Part shown: piece by piece, positions 24,798 through 39,825 of the stretch
Layout: the number at the start of each line of letters is the position of its first letter
How positions within the stretch are numbered: the stretch's first letter is position 1
NCBI RefSeq assembly: GCF_033153115.1
Contig: NW_026889759.1
Span: 7,130,001 to 7,194,000 of the forward strand
Source of the DNA: Saccostrea echinata
Taxonomy: Eukaryota
Direction: 5' to 3'
DNA: 64,000 nt
Translations under genes and position numbers: made by a program
The notes under the pieces: generated by a model
What the model saw: the letters and a program-made list of their open reading frames with translations, nothing else
What the model was told of the DNA's origin: nothing
Database searches by the model: none

Positions 24798-25373
24798 ATG
24801 CCTACAAAAGGGGGAATCGTGTTAATTGTCACTTGGCTTGTAAGTGAAACAATACTTGCACAACAAAACTTTCTACGAGTTGATTCGTGTCCAGAAAACA
24901 AAACAGAATGGGATACGAGAGGAGCAAACAAAAACTGCACTGATCCACCCGATTATCACTGTGCTGCAATAGAATCAACACAGGAGTTCGGAGAAATCTG
25001 TTCACATTCTGCTTTGACATTACCTGGATATTGTCCTGTACTTAGTGCTGTATCTCACAGTCTGGGCTTCAATAATTGCACTTTGGATAAAGGATGTCCA
25101 AAAACATCATACCGTTCGGACAAAATTTACAGGTATCCGTCTTGTTTCTCAGTATTTAAGAGCCACCGGTCGAATGTACAAGATAACGCCACAATTCATT
25201 TCACCGTGATTTTGACTATTTTTGGCAGTTCAATAATCAATATTCCTATCATTATCATCGTGTTTATACTATGTAAAAGAAGGGCAAGAATACGAGCATT
25301 AGACAGTAATCAAAGAGAAACGCACAAAAAGGAACTTCAAAATACACACACAGGACGTAAATTAGTTGATTAA
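24798..25373 (+). CDS. Type-I membrane protein, Cys-rich ectodomain family, paralogue 4 (191 aa)
   Basis: ATG at 24798 aligns with the paralogue starts (MPTKGGIVLIVTWLVSETILA); 8 Cys; TM FTVILTIFGSSIINIPIIIIVFIL; KRRAR; ~33-aa tail. Confidence 0.8.
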   Translation: MPTKGGIVLIVTWLVSETILAQQNFLRVDSCPENKTEWDTRGANKNCTDPPDYHCAAIESTQEFGEICSHSALTLPGYCPVLSAVSHSLGFNNCTLDKGCPKTSYRSDKIYRYPSCFSVFKSHRSNVQDNATIHFTVILTIFGSSIINIPIIIIVFILCKRRARIRALDSNQRETHKKELQNTHTGRKLVD

Positions 25374-26437
25374 AAATATGGAGTTAAGGACCCTCTCTAC
25401 ACCAGTGCAGAATGTGTTTTGGACATTGAGAAAATTACATTGAATAAAGGTGTAAATATTGAGCTTATCTATTTAATTTTCAATATATGGTGCGTGGCAT
25501 TTACCCCCAGGAAAAATGTTCAAACACAACACAGTATCAGTGAACAGAAATCACTGTTGTTTATTTCCATGGAGAACATACATGTAAATAATGTGTTCAA
25601 TTATTTATCTTGGCCTTTTAAAATGTTAAGAATACTTGAATTGATTAAAAATTGAGTAAGTGCCAATCCGGTTATGTAAGTTATCTCACTTTCCGTGCAT
25701 TTTAAGGAAAAAAAAAGATTTTCCTAGAAGCAACAAAGGATTTTTTATTCAACACTAGAAAGATATGAGTAATCTAAAACAGCACTGGATCATTGATTTA
25801 CTAAATTTCTGAATACAGAACTGTTATGTAAATACATATAAATGATAAGATTTGTAATAAAAAAAAATCATTTTAAATTGTCTAAATAAATTACTCAAAA
25901 TGTTTTCTCCTTTATACAGCGGATATAGCTCATAGGATATCGTTTTCATATCCAAGGTTGTGACGTCATAATGGTTTTTGCCTGAATTTGATCAAGTCAA
26001 ATATTGTCTATTTACATAAATAAGACAGTGTTAAACATGAAATAGGTATGTGTAAGACGTGTGATAAAAAGAATCTCCCATGGCTTGTGGTTGGATAAGA
26101 TTTTTATATCCAGCGTGTTTGTTTATAAATCCCATCGCCAAAGCTCTGGGATAAAAACACACAACTCGTTGCCCAACTACAAACCATGGGAGATCCAATA
26201 TATATTTAGTGTGAATTGTATATATTAATGATCTTTACACGGAATGTTTCGTAGCCCTATAGTCTAGGTATGGACATTTCCTACCTTCCCATGCACGAAA
26301 ACCGTACCATACAAATAAAACTAATCGTATCAAACAAATTCAGAATCGTGGTCCCCCGCCTTTGGGAACCTTTTGGTTGGGGTATAATGAACTATGGCTT
26401 ATTGTAACTGTCTTGTCTGTCCATCATGCTTAAAAAA

Positions 26438-26438
<1 letters not shown>

Positions 26439-26517
<79 letters not shown>
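26439..26517. repeat. (TA)n microsatellite
   Basis: About 39 TA units. Confidence 0.95.
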
Positions 26518-26520
<3 letters not shown>

Positions 26521-27312
26521 GGATGGCAATCGAATACAGAATTGCTAATCGATTAACCACAAGACGTTCCGACCGCTTAACCAGTTAACCGTATCAAAAT
26601 ACGCATTTTCTTGATGTACATACTTTTTTCCTAGGTAGCTCTATTCATATATATAAAAAGAAGACTGATAGAGTCTAGATGTTAAATCATTTTATTTGTC
26701 TTGATTCTTGATTTTTTTAAAAACCCACATGCTTCTATATTTTATTTTAGTTTCAATGTAGACTGGAAAAAAATAAGAAAACCACGAATCATGACTGAGA
26801 AATCATTGATATTTTTCCAAAGCAGATTTCACATACGTTCATTCAGCATTGTCACCATAATTAAAAGTCTGAAATACATCACTTATAATTTACAAAGTTT
26901 GTGTAGTAATTTATTCGATAGATAACTGCAAAAAAAAAAAAAACAAACATAGTAATTCGCAGTTTTTAACGGTGATTTAATTATCATTAAAGAAATACAA
27001 GGACAGTCAGGGTAACGACATGGTGTTTTAACAGTAATTAACACTTCAAACACAAAATGACCAATTACCCTATCTATCCGGAAAACCATAATTACATCCA
27101 AGTCACCTTGGATATGTGAAAACGCTGAATTATCAGCGTTTATGCAAAGATCTCTTTTTCAAAAAATAAATAAATAAATAAATTAACAAACAAAATTAGT
27201 TTCAAATTTATGTATATTTTTTTTATTTTTCCGACTAACCGATTACAGATTTTCTAACCGATTGTCATCGTTCCGACCGAGTAATCGGTTAACCTGTTAC
27301 AAATTGTCATCC

Positions 27313-27315
<3 letters not shown>
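26518..27315. mobile_element. hAT-like MITE embedded in a (TA)n array
   Basis: TIR TAGGGATGGCAAT / ATTGTCATCCCTA; subterminal AACCGA/CGATTA repeats; TA arrays on both sides. Confidence 0.75.

Positions 27316-27383
<68 letters not shown>
27316..27383. repeat. (TA)n microsatellite
   Basis: About 34 TA units. Confidence 0.95.
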
Positions 27384-27385
<2 letters not shown>

Positions 27386-27933
27386 CTCTAGACCCTCGGC
27401 TATCATCTAGGCAAGTCAAAAAACTTGCTTTCGATGCCGATGCAATGGAATTCTCGCGGCGCTGGTCTACACTACACGGTCATTGAGAATGGAAGTGAGA
27501 TACAGTTATTTGGACATTAGTTTTATTAGAGGATCGTTACCAATACACGTTGTAATGAAATTATTTTTTCTTTATAAAGCACATTTTACAACAACTCTTA
27601 AACTAACATAACTGCCCTAAGTGAATACCCTAGAAGGCGAGGTGCCATAACGCCCGTTACCAATTTAGGTGTGTAGCACCCAATGATTGTTAAATGCTTG
27701 TCTGACATTTGTCATTGAAACAATTATTAAAGCTGCGGCCTTTTATCATCCAAAAACATCGTTTATCATAAGTGAATAATAAAATGGGATAAATACTATC
27801 ATCATAGAACAAGGGCCATGAATTTCACAATTTTGGAAAAAGTGTTCTTTCTCATCTTGACCTTGCACTTAGTTTCTCTGCTAAATTTTAAAGAGAAGTG
27901 GAAAGGATGTTCAAAGAACTGATACATTTTTAC

Positions 27934-29004
27934 CAGAGTTGGGGTCAATTACTTTGAAATGCAATGCATTTAATTACAATATTACTTTGGAATTTTTACC
28001 ATTACAAGTACCATTACCATTACTCTCATTCAGAAAAGTAATTAATTAAATTACAATTACTTTGTTTAATTACATTACATATTACGTTTTATAAGAGAAA
28101 AACACATATTTTAAGACCACACAATTTATCTAAAGATTAACTTTTTCACACTTTGTGCTTGGTCAGTATGCTTTCCCTCAGTTCTATAAGTCAGAGTGGT
28201 ACTTGGTATTTTAGATTCATTTATCATGTTCATGTAGTTCATCTATCTACTGTTGACAAAGAAAGTGGATCGGAACACTTTCAATGTTGTAGTTTTGTTC
28301 AGTCTCTGGTGTTAGTTCCTCTGTCTTTTTTTAGTATATGATAAACATTTCATGTTTTATGTAAAGTGATATTTAATTAACTGATAATGCTATAATTGTA
28401 AAACGAGTATGTATTAATAATTCATATTTGGTCTTAGTTTCTCTTTGTGTCTCCAAGTAGATCACACTTATCTTGTATCTTGCTTATGAAGTTAATTTCA
28501 CCAGAATGAACTTTGTGAAAAGAAAAAAATCAAGTTGAAAGATATAGTTAGTATTTTCATTGGTAGTCAAAGTTAATGTCACTTGTTTTGCGGCTATCTT
28601 TGAAAAATAAAAATTTCTTTTGATATTTTTCTGGTTTTCTTCAATTGATTTTATATCTGTCTTATCAGAAAGTTTTCTATTAAAGCAATTATTTATTATG
28701 TCTATCAAACACATTTGAATAAACATTTTTTTTTTAAATATAAGATTTTTATTTTAAAGACTGTAACATTATAAATAAAAAAAATCTTTCAGTGACCTTG
28801 CTTCAGATTCAATAATTAAAAGAGATAAAAATACAAAATGTAAATTTGAAATTTAATTGAAAAGTAATGGTCATTACTGACATTTTTTAACGTAATGCAT
28901 TACATTACAATTACTTGTAATTGAAAATGGATCCATTACACATTACATCCCATTACATTGAAAAATTATAATGATTACAATACATTACCATTACCCCAGG
29001 TCTG
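27934..29004. mobile_element. hAT-type MITE, 1071 bp
   Basis: Perfect 8-bp TSD ATTTTTAC (27926-27933 and 29005-29012); TIR CAGAGTTGGGGT / ACCCCAGGTCTG; subterminal ATTACA/ATTACC repeats. A related end fragment lies at ~51495-51597. Confidence 0.85.
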
Positions 29005-29602
29005 ATTTTTACTATATGGTCAATAGAGCCCAGCCTTAAGGATTCGCTACCAAGGGGCCGTGAATTTCATAATTTTGGAAGAAGCACCCTTGATTATCCT
29101 AACCATACTCTTAGTTTGTCAGCTTAATATCCAGGAGTAGAGAAAAAGACTTTCAAAGAATTGATGCATTTTCACTGTTGATCAATAGAGCTTCACCCTA
29201 ACTCCAGAAACCTGATCCATTGGCCATGAAGTTTACAATTTTGAAAGAAGCACTCTATCTCAACTTAATCATGTGCTTAGTTTGACTGTTAAATATTCAA
29301 GAGCAGAAAAGAGGATGTACAAAGAATTAATGCAATTTCACTATATGGTCGATGGAGTCCCATCTTTACTTCAGAGCCCCTGTCCCAGAGGCCATGGCAT
29401 TCACATTTTTTAAAGAGGCATCTTTGTTTATCATAATCATGCACTTTGTTTGTATCTAGAGCAGATTTCCAAAGAATATATGCATATTCACTTTATATGT
29501 TCAATAGAGCCCAGTCCTTTCACCGGAACCCCTGACACAGGAACCACCAATTTCGCAATTTTGGAAGAGGCACTCTTGCTCATCATATCCTTGCTCCTAG
29601 TT

Positions 29603-30566
29603 TTTTTTTATGCCCCCGTAATCGAAGATTCGGGAACATATAGTTTTTGCCCTGTCCGTCCGTCTGTCGGCAAAAATTTTAACCTTGCCTTTAACTTTTG
29701 ATTGGTTGGAGCTATGGTTTCATATTTCACATGTGTATTCCTTGTGACAAGACCTTTCTTTGGGTACTATTATATTTGACTTTTGACCTTGACCTTGAAG
29801 TTTGACCCAGTTTTGCAAAGTTTTACCCAACTATAACCTTGGCCATAACTTTTGAACAGTTGGTGCTAGGAGTTTCATACTTCACACGTGTATTCCTTGT
29901 GAAAGACCTTCCTTTGGATACCGACATTTTTTATCCTTTGACTTTGTCCTAGGAGATTGACCTACTTTTGAAAAACTTTAACCTTGGCCATAACTTTTCT
30001 TTTGAACGGTTAGTGCTAGGGCTTTCATTCTTCACATATGTAATCCTTGTGGCAAGACCTTCCTTTGGATACCAACAACTTTGACCTTGGAGTTTGACCT
30101 ACTTCTGGAAAACTTTAACCTTGGCCATAATTTTTGGACAGTTGGTGCTAGGTCTTTCGTACTTCACATGTGTATTTTCTGTGACAAGACCTTCCTTTGG
30201 ATACCAACAATTGTAGTCCATTGATCTTGACGTTTTACCTACTTTTTGAAAAGTTTCACTTTGGTCATTACTTTTGAACGGTTCATGCAAGGGTTTTCAT
30301 ACTTCACCTATGTAATCCTTGTGACAAGACCTTACTTTGGATTCCAACAATTTTTACCCTTTGACCTTGGAGTTTGACCTACTTTTGAAAAACCTTGGTT
30401 ATAACTTTTGGACGGTTGGTGCTAGGGCTTTTATATCTAACAGATATATTCCTAACAGATAAGACCTTATTTTGGGTACCAGCATATCTGATCTGCATTT
30501 GAGAAAGTTTAACCTTCGCTATAAATTGCCATACGGGGCATCAGTGTTTCCCAAACACATCTTGTT
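29603..30566 (+). mobile_element. HINE/Helentron-type non-autonomous element with internal ~120-bp tandem repeats
   Basis: Starts TTTTTATGCCCCCG..CTGTCCGTCCGTCTGTC; contains ~7 copies of AACCTTGGCCATAACTTTTGAAC.GTTGGTGCTAGG..GTGACAAGACCTT; ends GGGGCATCAGTGTTTCCCAAACACATCTTGTT; inserted at a TT. Confidence 0.75.
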
Positions 30567-31123
30567 CTGCTAAATATACAAGGAGAGGGAAGATTTTGGA
30601 GGAATTTATGCATTTTTACCAAATGATCTATAAAGCCCCATCCTAAAAGCAGGGCCCCTGACCCAAAGGTCAGTGCTGATTAAAATTATACCAACAGTTT
30701 CGCTGCTTGATGTCCAGGTGAAAGAAAGATTTTTAAAAATTACATTGATTTTGATGGTTTTAGCACCACTCTCACCCCCACTGGACACTATACACACAGT
30801 GTGCATGAACATGTATAATTTATGCATTATATGTGAATGTTGCTGGAAAAAAGTCAACGCTAATGTTAAGTCAAATATGTCCCAAAGACAGATATCACTT
30901 GTTTTAAAAAAAAACACAAACACACAAACACAAGGACAGTGTCACTATGCAATGATCATATCATCAGACTATTACAGAACTAGTATATATTGTGCAACAA
31001 CTTGATCCTTTTCTACACAACAGTGCAGTTATCCTAAGATGCAGGATTAACCGATACAGGTAACTATTTATCAATATTGTTTTCCGTCTGTCTCTTATGT
31101 ACATGTACTTTCTGGCTACTTCA

Positions 31124-32833
31124 CTATTTGAGGTACTCAAAAACTCTTATTTTACTGCTGACTTGATCAGCCACCCATAATCTGTCTTTGTTATCTATAC
31201 AAACTCCATGTGGCCAAACCAGTTCATCTCTCTTTGTAAGTAGATATCGAAGAAAATATCCATCCTTGTCAATGATGTGAATAGTGGCGTTTTCTCGATC
31301 TGCTATTAAAATATTTCCAAGACTATCTGTTGCAAGATCACATGGAAAGAATTTCCAGAATGTGCTCAGCCAAGAGTAACCACCTTCGTAGACGAATCTC
31401 TCCTTATTATATCTGTCTACGACAATCACTTTCTGAGAGATGGCGTCAGAAATGCATATATCATTGTTAATATTCAGGCAGACACAAAATGGTTCAATTA
31501 AATATTTGTGAGTGATTTCGAGTTTAAGATGCCCTCTTTCGTCATATTTCACAACCTTCCCCCCAGGGCAATCTTGCAGACAAACAATGACGTCACCGGA
31601 ACGCGTGGTACATATGCCAAGAGGTCGACCATTTGTGCGGAAAGCGACATTATCGATATTATCAGGACTGACTTTTCGGATACATTTGTTCTTGTTATCC
31701 GAATAAAATATGCCCCCTTCTCTTGTAGGTGCCAATCCAGATGGATATCCAATCCCAGTAGACGTGGGAATTGCACAAATACGCTTGCCTCCTTCATTTA
31801 CAACAAATATGTCCTTTTGTTTGCCACTAAGTAGGAATTTTTGAGAATGAACATACTTTACGAAATACATATCGGATACACTGAATTCAAATTCAAACAA
31901 GCACTTTGGAAAAGGCAGAACTTTTCTTTCCTCCTGCTGCTCCTCTTCTTGGCTTGGAACGTATTCTTCCGGTTCTGCAGATTGGTTTTCCTGTTTTTCT
32001 GTTGACTCTTCCACTGACTGTGTTATCACGGACGGCAAAAAGGACCCAAATTGCCATGTTATATGATCTTTGTTAAGAAACCCTTTTTGGAAAACTGGTG
32101 GGGTGAAACCCAAGATCTCAGACAAATCTGAAAAGGTAGCATCCTCAGGGTGATCTTTTATGTAGAAAATGAGCTCTGTTGGATGAGCAATCATCTTACT
32201 TCTGTAGAATCCCAAAATTTCATCCAAAATTGAACTCTGTTCATTCATTTCCTTTTCGTATTTTTCTATGTCTTCAATGTCTCTCTTCTTATTAGCATCG
32301 ACCAACTCTATTGTTTCCTCAAAAACTTTGTCCACTAGTTTTTTGAAAGCTTCTTTTTGCTCAATAGCCTGGTCCCTTAATTGACAATATCCCTTTTTGA
32401 TATCATTTTTAATGGATTTCAGTTTTGACAGACGTTCTTCAATCTCAGGTTTGAGAGACGCCTTTATTTTCATGTCATCCACAGCAATCTTTTTCATACA
32501 TTCTTCGAACATGCTTTCCATGCTACAAAGAGTGTGCTTTGCATGTTTTTCGCCAATACACTCATGACATACTGGGATCCTACACAATTTACAGCACATG
32601 GTGTATTCCTTGCACGGATGATCCAGACACATTTGAGGACCATTCATCTTATATATCATCGAAGAATATTTAATGATTTGGTGATGAGAGTAGGAACTGT
32701 TTTCAACGTGTTCCTCTGCGCATTTTGAACAAAATTTGTTTTTGCAATGTGTGCAATAGCGTTCCACAGGTTTCTCCTCACAGTGGATGCACCGCAAGAT
32801 GTCCTGGGCTTCAGGTGGCACGCGTTGATCCAT
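31124..32833 (-). CDS. RING-less TRIM-like protein: two B-boxes, coiled coil, NHL/beta-propeller repeats (569 aa, single coding exon)
   Basis: CIHCEE..YCTHCKNKFCSKCAEEH..H and CLDHP..CCKLCRIPVCHECI..H..H B-boxes; heptad region; NHL-like PxGI/ICISD/NILIAD/LWVAD repeats. Acceptor TTACAG lies just upstream of the ATG. Confidence 0.9.
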   Translation of the reverse strand: MDQRVPPEAQDILRCIHCEEKPVERYCTHCKNKFCSKCAEEHVENSSYSHHQIIKYSSMIYKMNGPQMCLDHPCKEYTMCCKLCRIPVCHECIGEKHAKHTLCSMESMFEECMKKIAVDDMKIKASLKPEIEERLSKLKSIKNDIKKGYCQLRDQAIEQKEAFKKLVDKVFEETIELVDANKKRDIEDIEKYEKEMNEQSSILDEILGFYRSKMIAHPTELIFYIKDHPEDATFSDLSEILGFTPPVFQKGFLNKDHITWQFGSFLPSVITQSVEESTEKQENQSAEPEEYVPSQEEEQQEERKVLPFPKCLFEFEFSVSDMYFVKYVHSQKFLLSGKQKDIFVVNEGGKRICAIPTSTGIGYPSGLAPTREGGIFYSDNKNKCIRKVSPDNIDNVAFRTNGRPLGICTTRSGDVIVCLQDCPGGKVVKYDERGHLKLEITHKYLIEPFCVCLNINNDICISDAISQKVIVVDRYNKERFVYEGGYSWLSTFWKFFPCDLATDSLGNILIADRENATIHIIDKDGYFLRYLLTKRDELVWPHGVCIDNKDRLWVADQVSSKIRVFEYLK

Positions 32834-34786
32834 TTCCTGTAATTAAAAATCAATATGTACACGTAGTTTATAAGACTTACAAAAGATTTTTTGTAAACTC
32901 GTCTGAGCTAAAAGGTTGCTATCGAAATCTGTACGTTCCATCCGTCATTAATATGTGTACTACATGTTTTTGACTTCTTCCGAAATATACGTATTCTTTA
33001 GATTCAAATTTGCTTAAATCTTGGTCCTATCAAGTAGAAAATTTGAATTTAATGCAATATTTATAACATAATAACCTGCTAGGATTGAAAATAAAAATTT
33101 ACAACATAACCTACTAGGATTGAAAATCAAAATTTACTACATGATTGTCCTTAAAAGTGTATTTTAAACAACAAGACATAGTTAGTTGACATAAGAATAA
33201 CAAAAAACACAGAAAAAATGACATGAGAGCACTCAGTCGTAGTTTGTTCAAATAATGTGAGAAAAAGGTAAATCATAACAATGCTATGACTTTCAATAAC
33301 GAAGCTACGACTTGTTGAACTAATGAAACAGGTTCCTCAAACTTGGGACAGCAATAATATAATGTTAGGGATAAGGGATTTACTTGTGTGCTAGAGAGAA
33401 AAAAAACTTTTTGTTGCTCTGTTAAGATCCGCCACTTTTTTAGGTGGATCTGTCACTAGTTAGCGATGTACATATATACTGCATGATGCTTCGTGTTTAA
33501 TGGTTAATCGTGTTAAGGTCCAGACACCTCTGTCTATGTAGATATGCCAATGTATTATGCTTATATGGGGGATTACGGATTGCATCATTAACTGTCGGGA
33601 AATATCAAGAACATATAGCTATTTACTAACATGGCAGCACGGATTAATAATGTTCAAGAGAGCATAACGATTCAATCAATAAATTTGACATTTTAAACAG
33701 TCATTTTAAATTGGTTTTGAATTATTTACGAAATACTTATATAGCCAGATTGACAGAAATATGAATATAATTTCCCCCAAATTAAAATATTTAAATTATT
33801 GTATGATTAATAAAGTTACCTAAGTGTTCGTCAATGAATACAGATGTGGAAATGTACCCTGTTTTCTTATACGTTCTGCAAGATTGCACAGGAACTGGGC
33901 AAGGAAAAATAACTCTTGATAATTACATGTGGTAGCATGCTACATTAAATTTTTAATTTCATTTCATATACATGTAGTTAATAATGGGTCTTGAATAATT
34001 TTATCCAGGTACGTACGTAGTATTGGGGGGGGGGGGGTCTCTTGTTGATACTGAAAAAAAGAAGAAGATGCCTTTAATTTTTTACTGTTAATTTATGAAT
34101 ATATTTTTGAATCCTCCAAATGTTTATATATCCTATAGAAAAAAATATCTGTTATACAAAAAAGTTGAGACCTATCCCACAACACATCCACAAAATATTT
34201 ATTGTAATATTTTTATTTTCCTGTCTTGAGATAATAATAATCAAACTTAGCATGAACTCTATTGTAAGACTGGTATAGCTAGGATATTCCAAATAAAACC
34301 GTCTTGAAGCGAAAAGAAATGTTTGATTTTTTTTTCTTGTTATACAATTTCATTGCATACTATCATATTTAATTATTTATTTATTTTATGTATTTATTTC
34401 AATATTTTCAGTTTTGTTTTAAAACTATATATATATTTTTTAAATCAAACTAGATGCTTCTGTTTGTTCTTGTTGTTTTAGAGAACAGCTGTACATATGC
34501 AATCTTATTTTTTTATTTGTATAAAGGCGTTGCATATTTCCATTCAGTACTATGTCGGCTCCCCCCCCCCCCTTTCCAGTCTCTCTCTTCCGGTAAAATA
34601 TATCAAAATATAGTCCCTGAGAACAACATAGAGTTATTATCAAAATCAGATTTAAAGAGTATTTGTGTTTTATCTCCCTTTTTACTGCAGAAAATATTCA
34701 TGTAGTAAAAAAAGAAGTTAGATTATGATCAATGCCTTCAAGAAATGGATTGCGCGCATGAATATATTACTGTCAAGTATTACATA

Positions 34787-34814
34787 CTTCCTTTTTCATG
34801 CGGGATCGCCATTG
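34787..34814 (+). promoter_or_regulatory. RPS9 TCT/5'TOP start and non-coding exon 1
   Basis: Pyrimidine tract CTTCCTTTTTC, then GCCATT (YY1-like), then donor GTAAGC at 34815. Confidence 0.7.
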
Positions 34815-35146
34815 GTAAGCACGTGTTGATTTGGTCTGTACAAAATTTTTATGAGATGTTAATGAAGTGTGCATAATATTCTTAAATTTTAGTGCTTTTC
34901 GGTGAAATTATGATAAATAAGAACGAGGTAGAATTTTTTTTCAATCCGGTCTGGTTTTGTAAATTGTTAACGCGCTAGAAAGGGGGGGGGGGGGCTCTGT
35001 CTTGCCTGGTAAATGACATATTGGTTCATATTTGTATTTTATTTTCCATATGTCTCATTAAGGAAGCACAAAAAATAAGTCACATTGTAGTAATTAATCA
35101 TTTTGTTAAGTTCTCTTTTTTTTTCTATTTTCAGTAAAATTTCAAG

Positions 35147-37231
<2,085 letters not shown>

Positions 37232-39825
37232 AATGTACATCTTTCTGACAATAAATTGTCACCTCTCAGAGTTTTCTGTTGTAGTACAAAGTACCCTCTT
37301 GTATTTTGAATTTAAACATCCATACATGGCATGGCGCAGAACTTTATCTGAAAGATGGAAGGACTGAAGGGTTCATGTATGGTGTTTTTTTTTAAGTGGG
37401 ATATTCATTGCTCTAACTTGTCTGTGTGGAAAAAACTTTAAACAGTGCTGAAAAAGTTAAATTTTAATTATTTTTAACAATCCCAGAGATGAGCCTTCTG
37501 CTTGAAATAAGGAACCCAATATTGCAAAGAAAAGTATCCAAATTTGGCATGGTGATACTTGTCAACATTGACGTGTCTCATCTCTGGTAATTTGGTGCAA
37601 GTCTCCAATATGTTAAATACCAATATGTTTAATAATAAAATGCCGTCTTTGTTAGTTTGGGAATTAACATCCCAGCTATTGCTAAAAAAAAAACAAACAA
37701 AAAAAAAACATTTAATTTGTTTCAATTTTTTCTGCAAAAGCTGCAATTGTTAATTTCTGTATATTTACATCCACAGAGGATTTTCTCTTATTTCTTAAGA
37801 AAACGATTTCTTTCATCAATTGGTAAATGCCGGTTAGAACCGGCTTTTCAAGCCACCCATGTAAATTTCTTGCACAGTGTGCTACATGCATTGATGTACA
37901 TATCAATGATGCAATATTTCATGGACTTGAACCGACTTGAATTAATTATTTATATAGTTATAAGCAATAAAATATTGTTGGTACACATCCAACGGTTGCA
38001 GCTATTGAAGAAGATTTGCATCAATGTACAGCTTTCAGATCAACTGTTGAGACAATTGTTAGAAAGGCAAGAATGTTTTTTCTTTTAGTCATAACATTAC
38101 ACCACACAATACCCTATGTCATTCTGTAACCTTACAATGCCTCGATACAAACACCCTCCCCCTTTAACAGCTAAAACTCGAAGATATAATCCCCACTTTC
38201 TCAAGAAGTCTTTTTGCTTTTGTCCTCCACCATTTCTTATTGCAAAATGGTTTCAAATCCTTCCACACTAACGTATCCAAAAGGTTCTATTCCTGTTGAA
38301 GATCTATCACAAAGGAAAAGGGTCTGTTGATGTTCATTCAAACAGATGGATGCTTTGATCAAGGGTATGAAGTCCAGCTCCCCCACTTTCCATTAACTGT
38401 AAAGGAAAAGCCTTGTGAAGATTAAGTTGAGATAGTTTCATGTACATGGATGTAGGGGTTTTGTCAACTACACTAAATATTATCTGAACAAATCTGTATG
38501 CACATTGCATCTGCTGACATAAGACGGACCTTTCCTAAACACTTGATATTCAGATGATCTCAAAATATTACTATTAACGTGTCAATGATGCATTCTCCCA
38601 GTATCTACTTGTAAGGATAAATTATTAAAGATCTTATCATTTTCAAGCAGCAGGGCCCTGTTTAACAAAGGAACTTAGGACTAAAATTAAAAATGTTAAA
38701 TAGTTTAAAGACATTACCAAATTAATAATTTTGTGAGATTATACTTGTATAAATTTTACTACTGAATATTTCTTATTCACACTGAAATCTCAATTTTATC
38801 AAGTCAACAACAAAATACACTGCAAAGTAAAATTTGGTCTTAGTCATAAGTTCTTTTGCAACCCAGATGACTTTATAGTAAATTTCAGCAGAATTTCATC
38901 AACATGCCCTCTGAGATCCTTGATTTCATAATTGATTTTTGCATATAACAAATTTCAAATTAGATTAAAAAGGTTTATTCATTCCTCATATTAACATATC
39001 CCAATCGAAAAATGAAGAGATAAATACATTCAGCACTACTTCTATTGAAAAGATAGATGTAATATAGATAAATAATTGCTACATGATCTAAATCAAATGG
39101 TGGCAACATTCATAGACTCATATCACAAGTGAGATCTGACAAGGGTAAGGAAATTTTACATTTTCTTACAAAAAAAAAAAAAAAAACCCAATGCCCTCTT
39201 TGAACATATCTATAGTGCTTCTATTTCTGGACACAAAACATTCTTTTACAAAAATCACAGACTTTAAATATGGCTTTAGCAATGTCAAGGTAACAGTTAT
39301 TAAAATCTTCTAGACATAAATTTTACTGTACATATTAAATAATAAAATGTCTTTGAAAACTATCTAGAGAGAATAAAACATGCTCACTGCTGCAATATAC
39401 AGTACTGTACATGTATGTGATTGTTACATTCGTACGAAATAAATAAATAGAGCAGAAATATAACATTCATGTAAACTTGTACAAGTCACTCAACACTACT
39501 TCACTATTTATTTAATCTTATAACCCTTAGCTAGAAACAGATAATACAAAGTAGAAATCGATAAATACATGTGATTCACCCAAAGGAAAGGATACACAAT
39601 AACAATTATACTGTAGATGTTCATACATATCACAAAGAACAACTGCCATGGCTTCACCATGTTCACTAAGCATCACATTGCTTTTGGTTAAAAATCTACT
39701 TCTCCTTCTAAGCAGATTTTAGAAGAAAAAAAAATTGAATGGCAGAACAGGTAAAAATTCCATGAAAATGAAACAGGAATTAGATTATAACCTGCCACTG
39801 AGATTATCTCCCTTTGTATTGCTCC

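Larger units (their letters stand above)
27790..30790. repeat. Degenerate ~166-bp satellite array (HINE-associated), interrupted by two nested insertions
   Basis: Unit GGCCATGAATTTCACAATTTTGGAAGA..CTTAGTTT..CAAAGAATTGATGCATTTTCACTAT recurs at ~27815, 29057, 29222, 29390 and 29545, and resumes at ~30566. Confidence 0.7.

Noticed and set aside
26394-27486. ORFs with IYIYIY runs
   Set aside because: They are translations of (TA)n microsatellites.
29680-30520. Regularly spaced repeats resembling a CRISPR array
   Set aside because: Units are whole ~120-bp tandem monomers with no unique spacers, there are no cas genes, and the context is eukaryotic.
31508-32973. Several short plus-strand and alternate-frame ORFs
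   Set aside because: They are antisense or off-frame shadows of the TRIM-like CDS. The same applies at 60097-61200.
37300-39820. ORFs of 62-143 aa between RPS9 and MICU1
   Set aside because: Low-complexity AT-rich sequence, consistent with convergent 3'UTRs and intergenic DNA.
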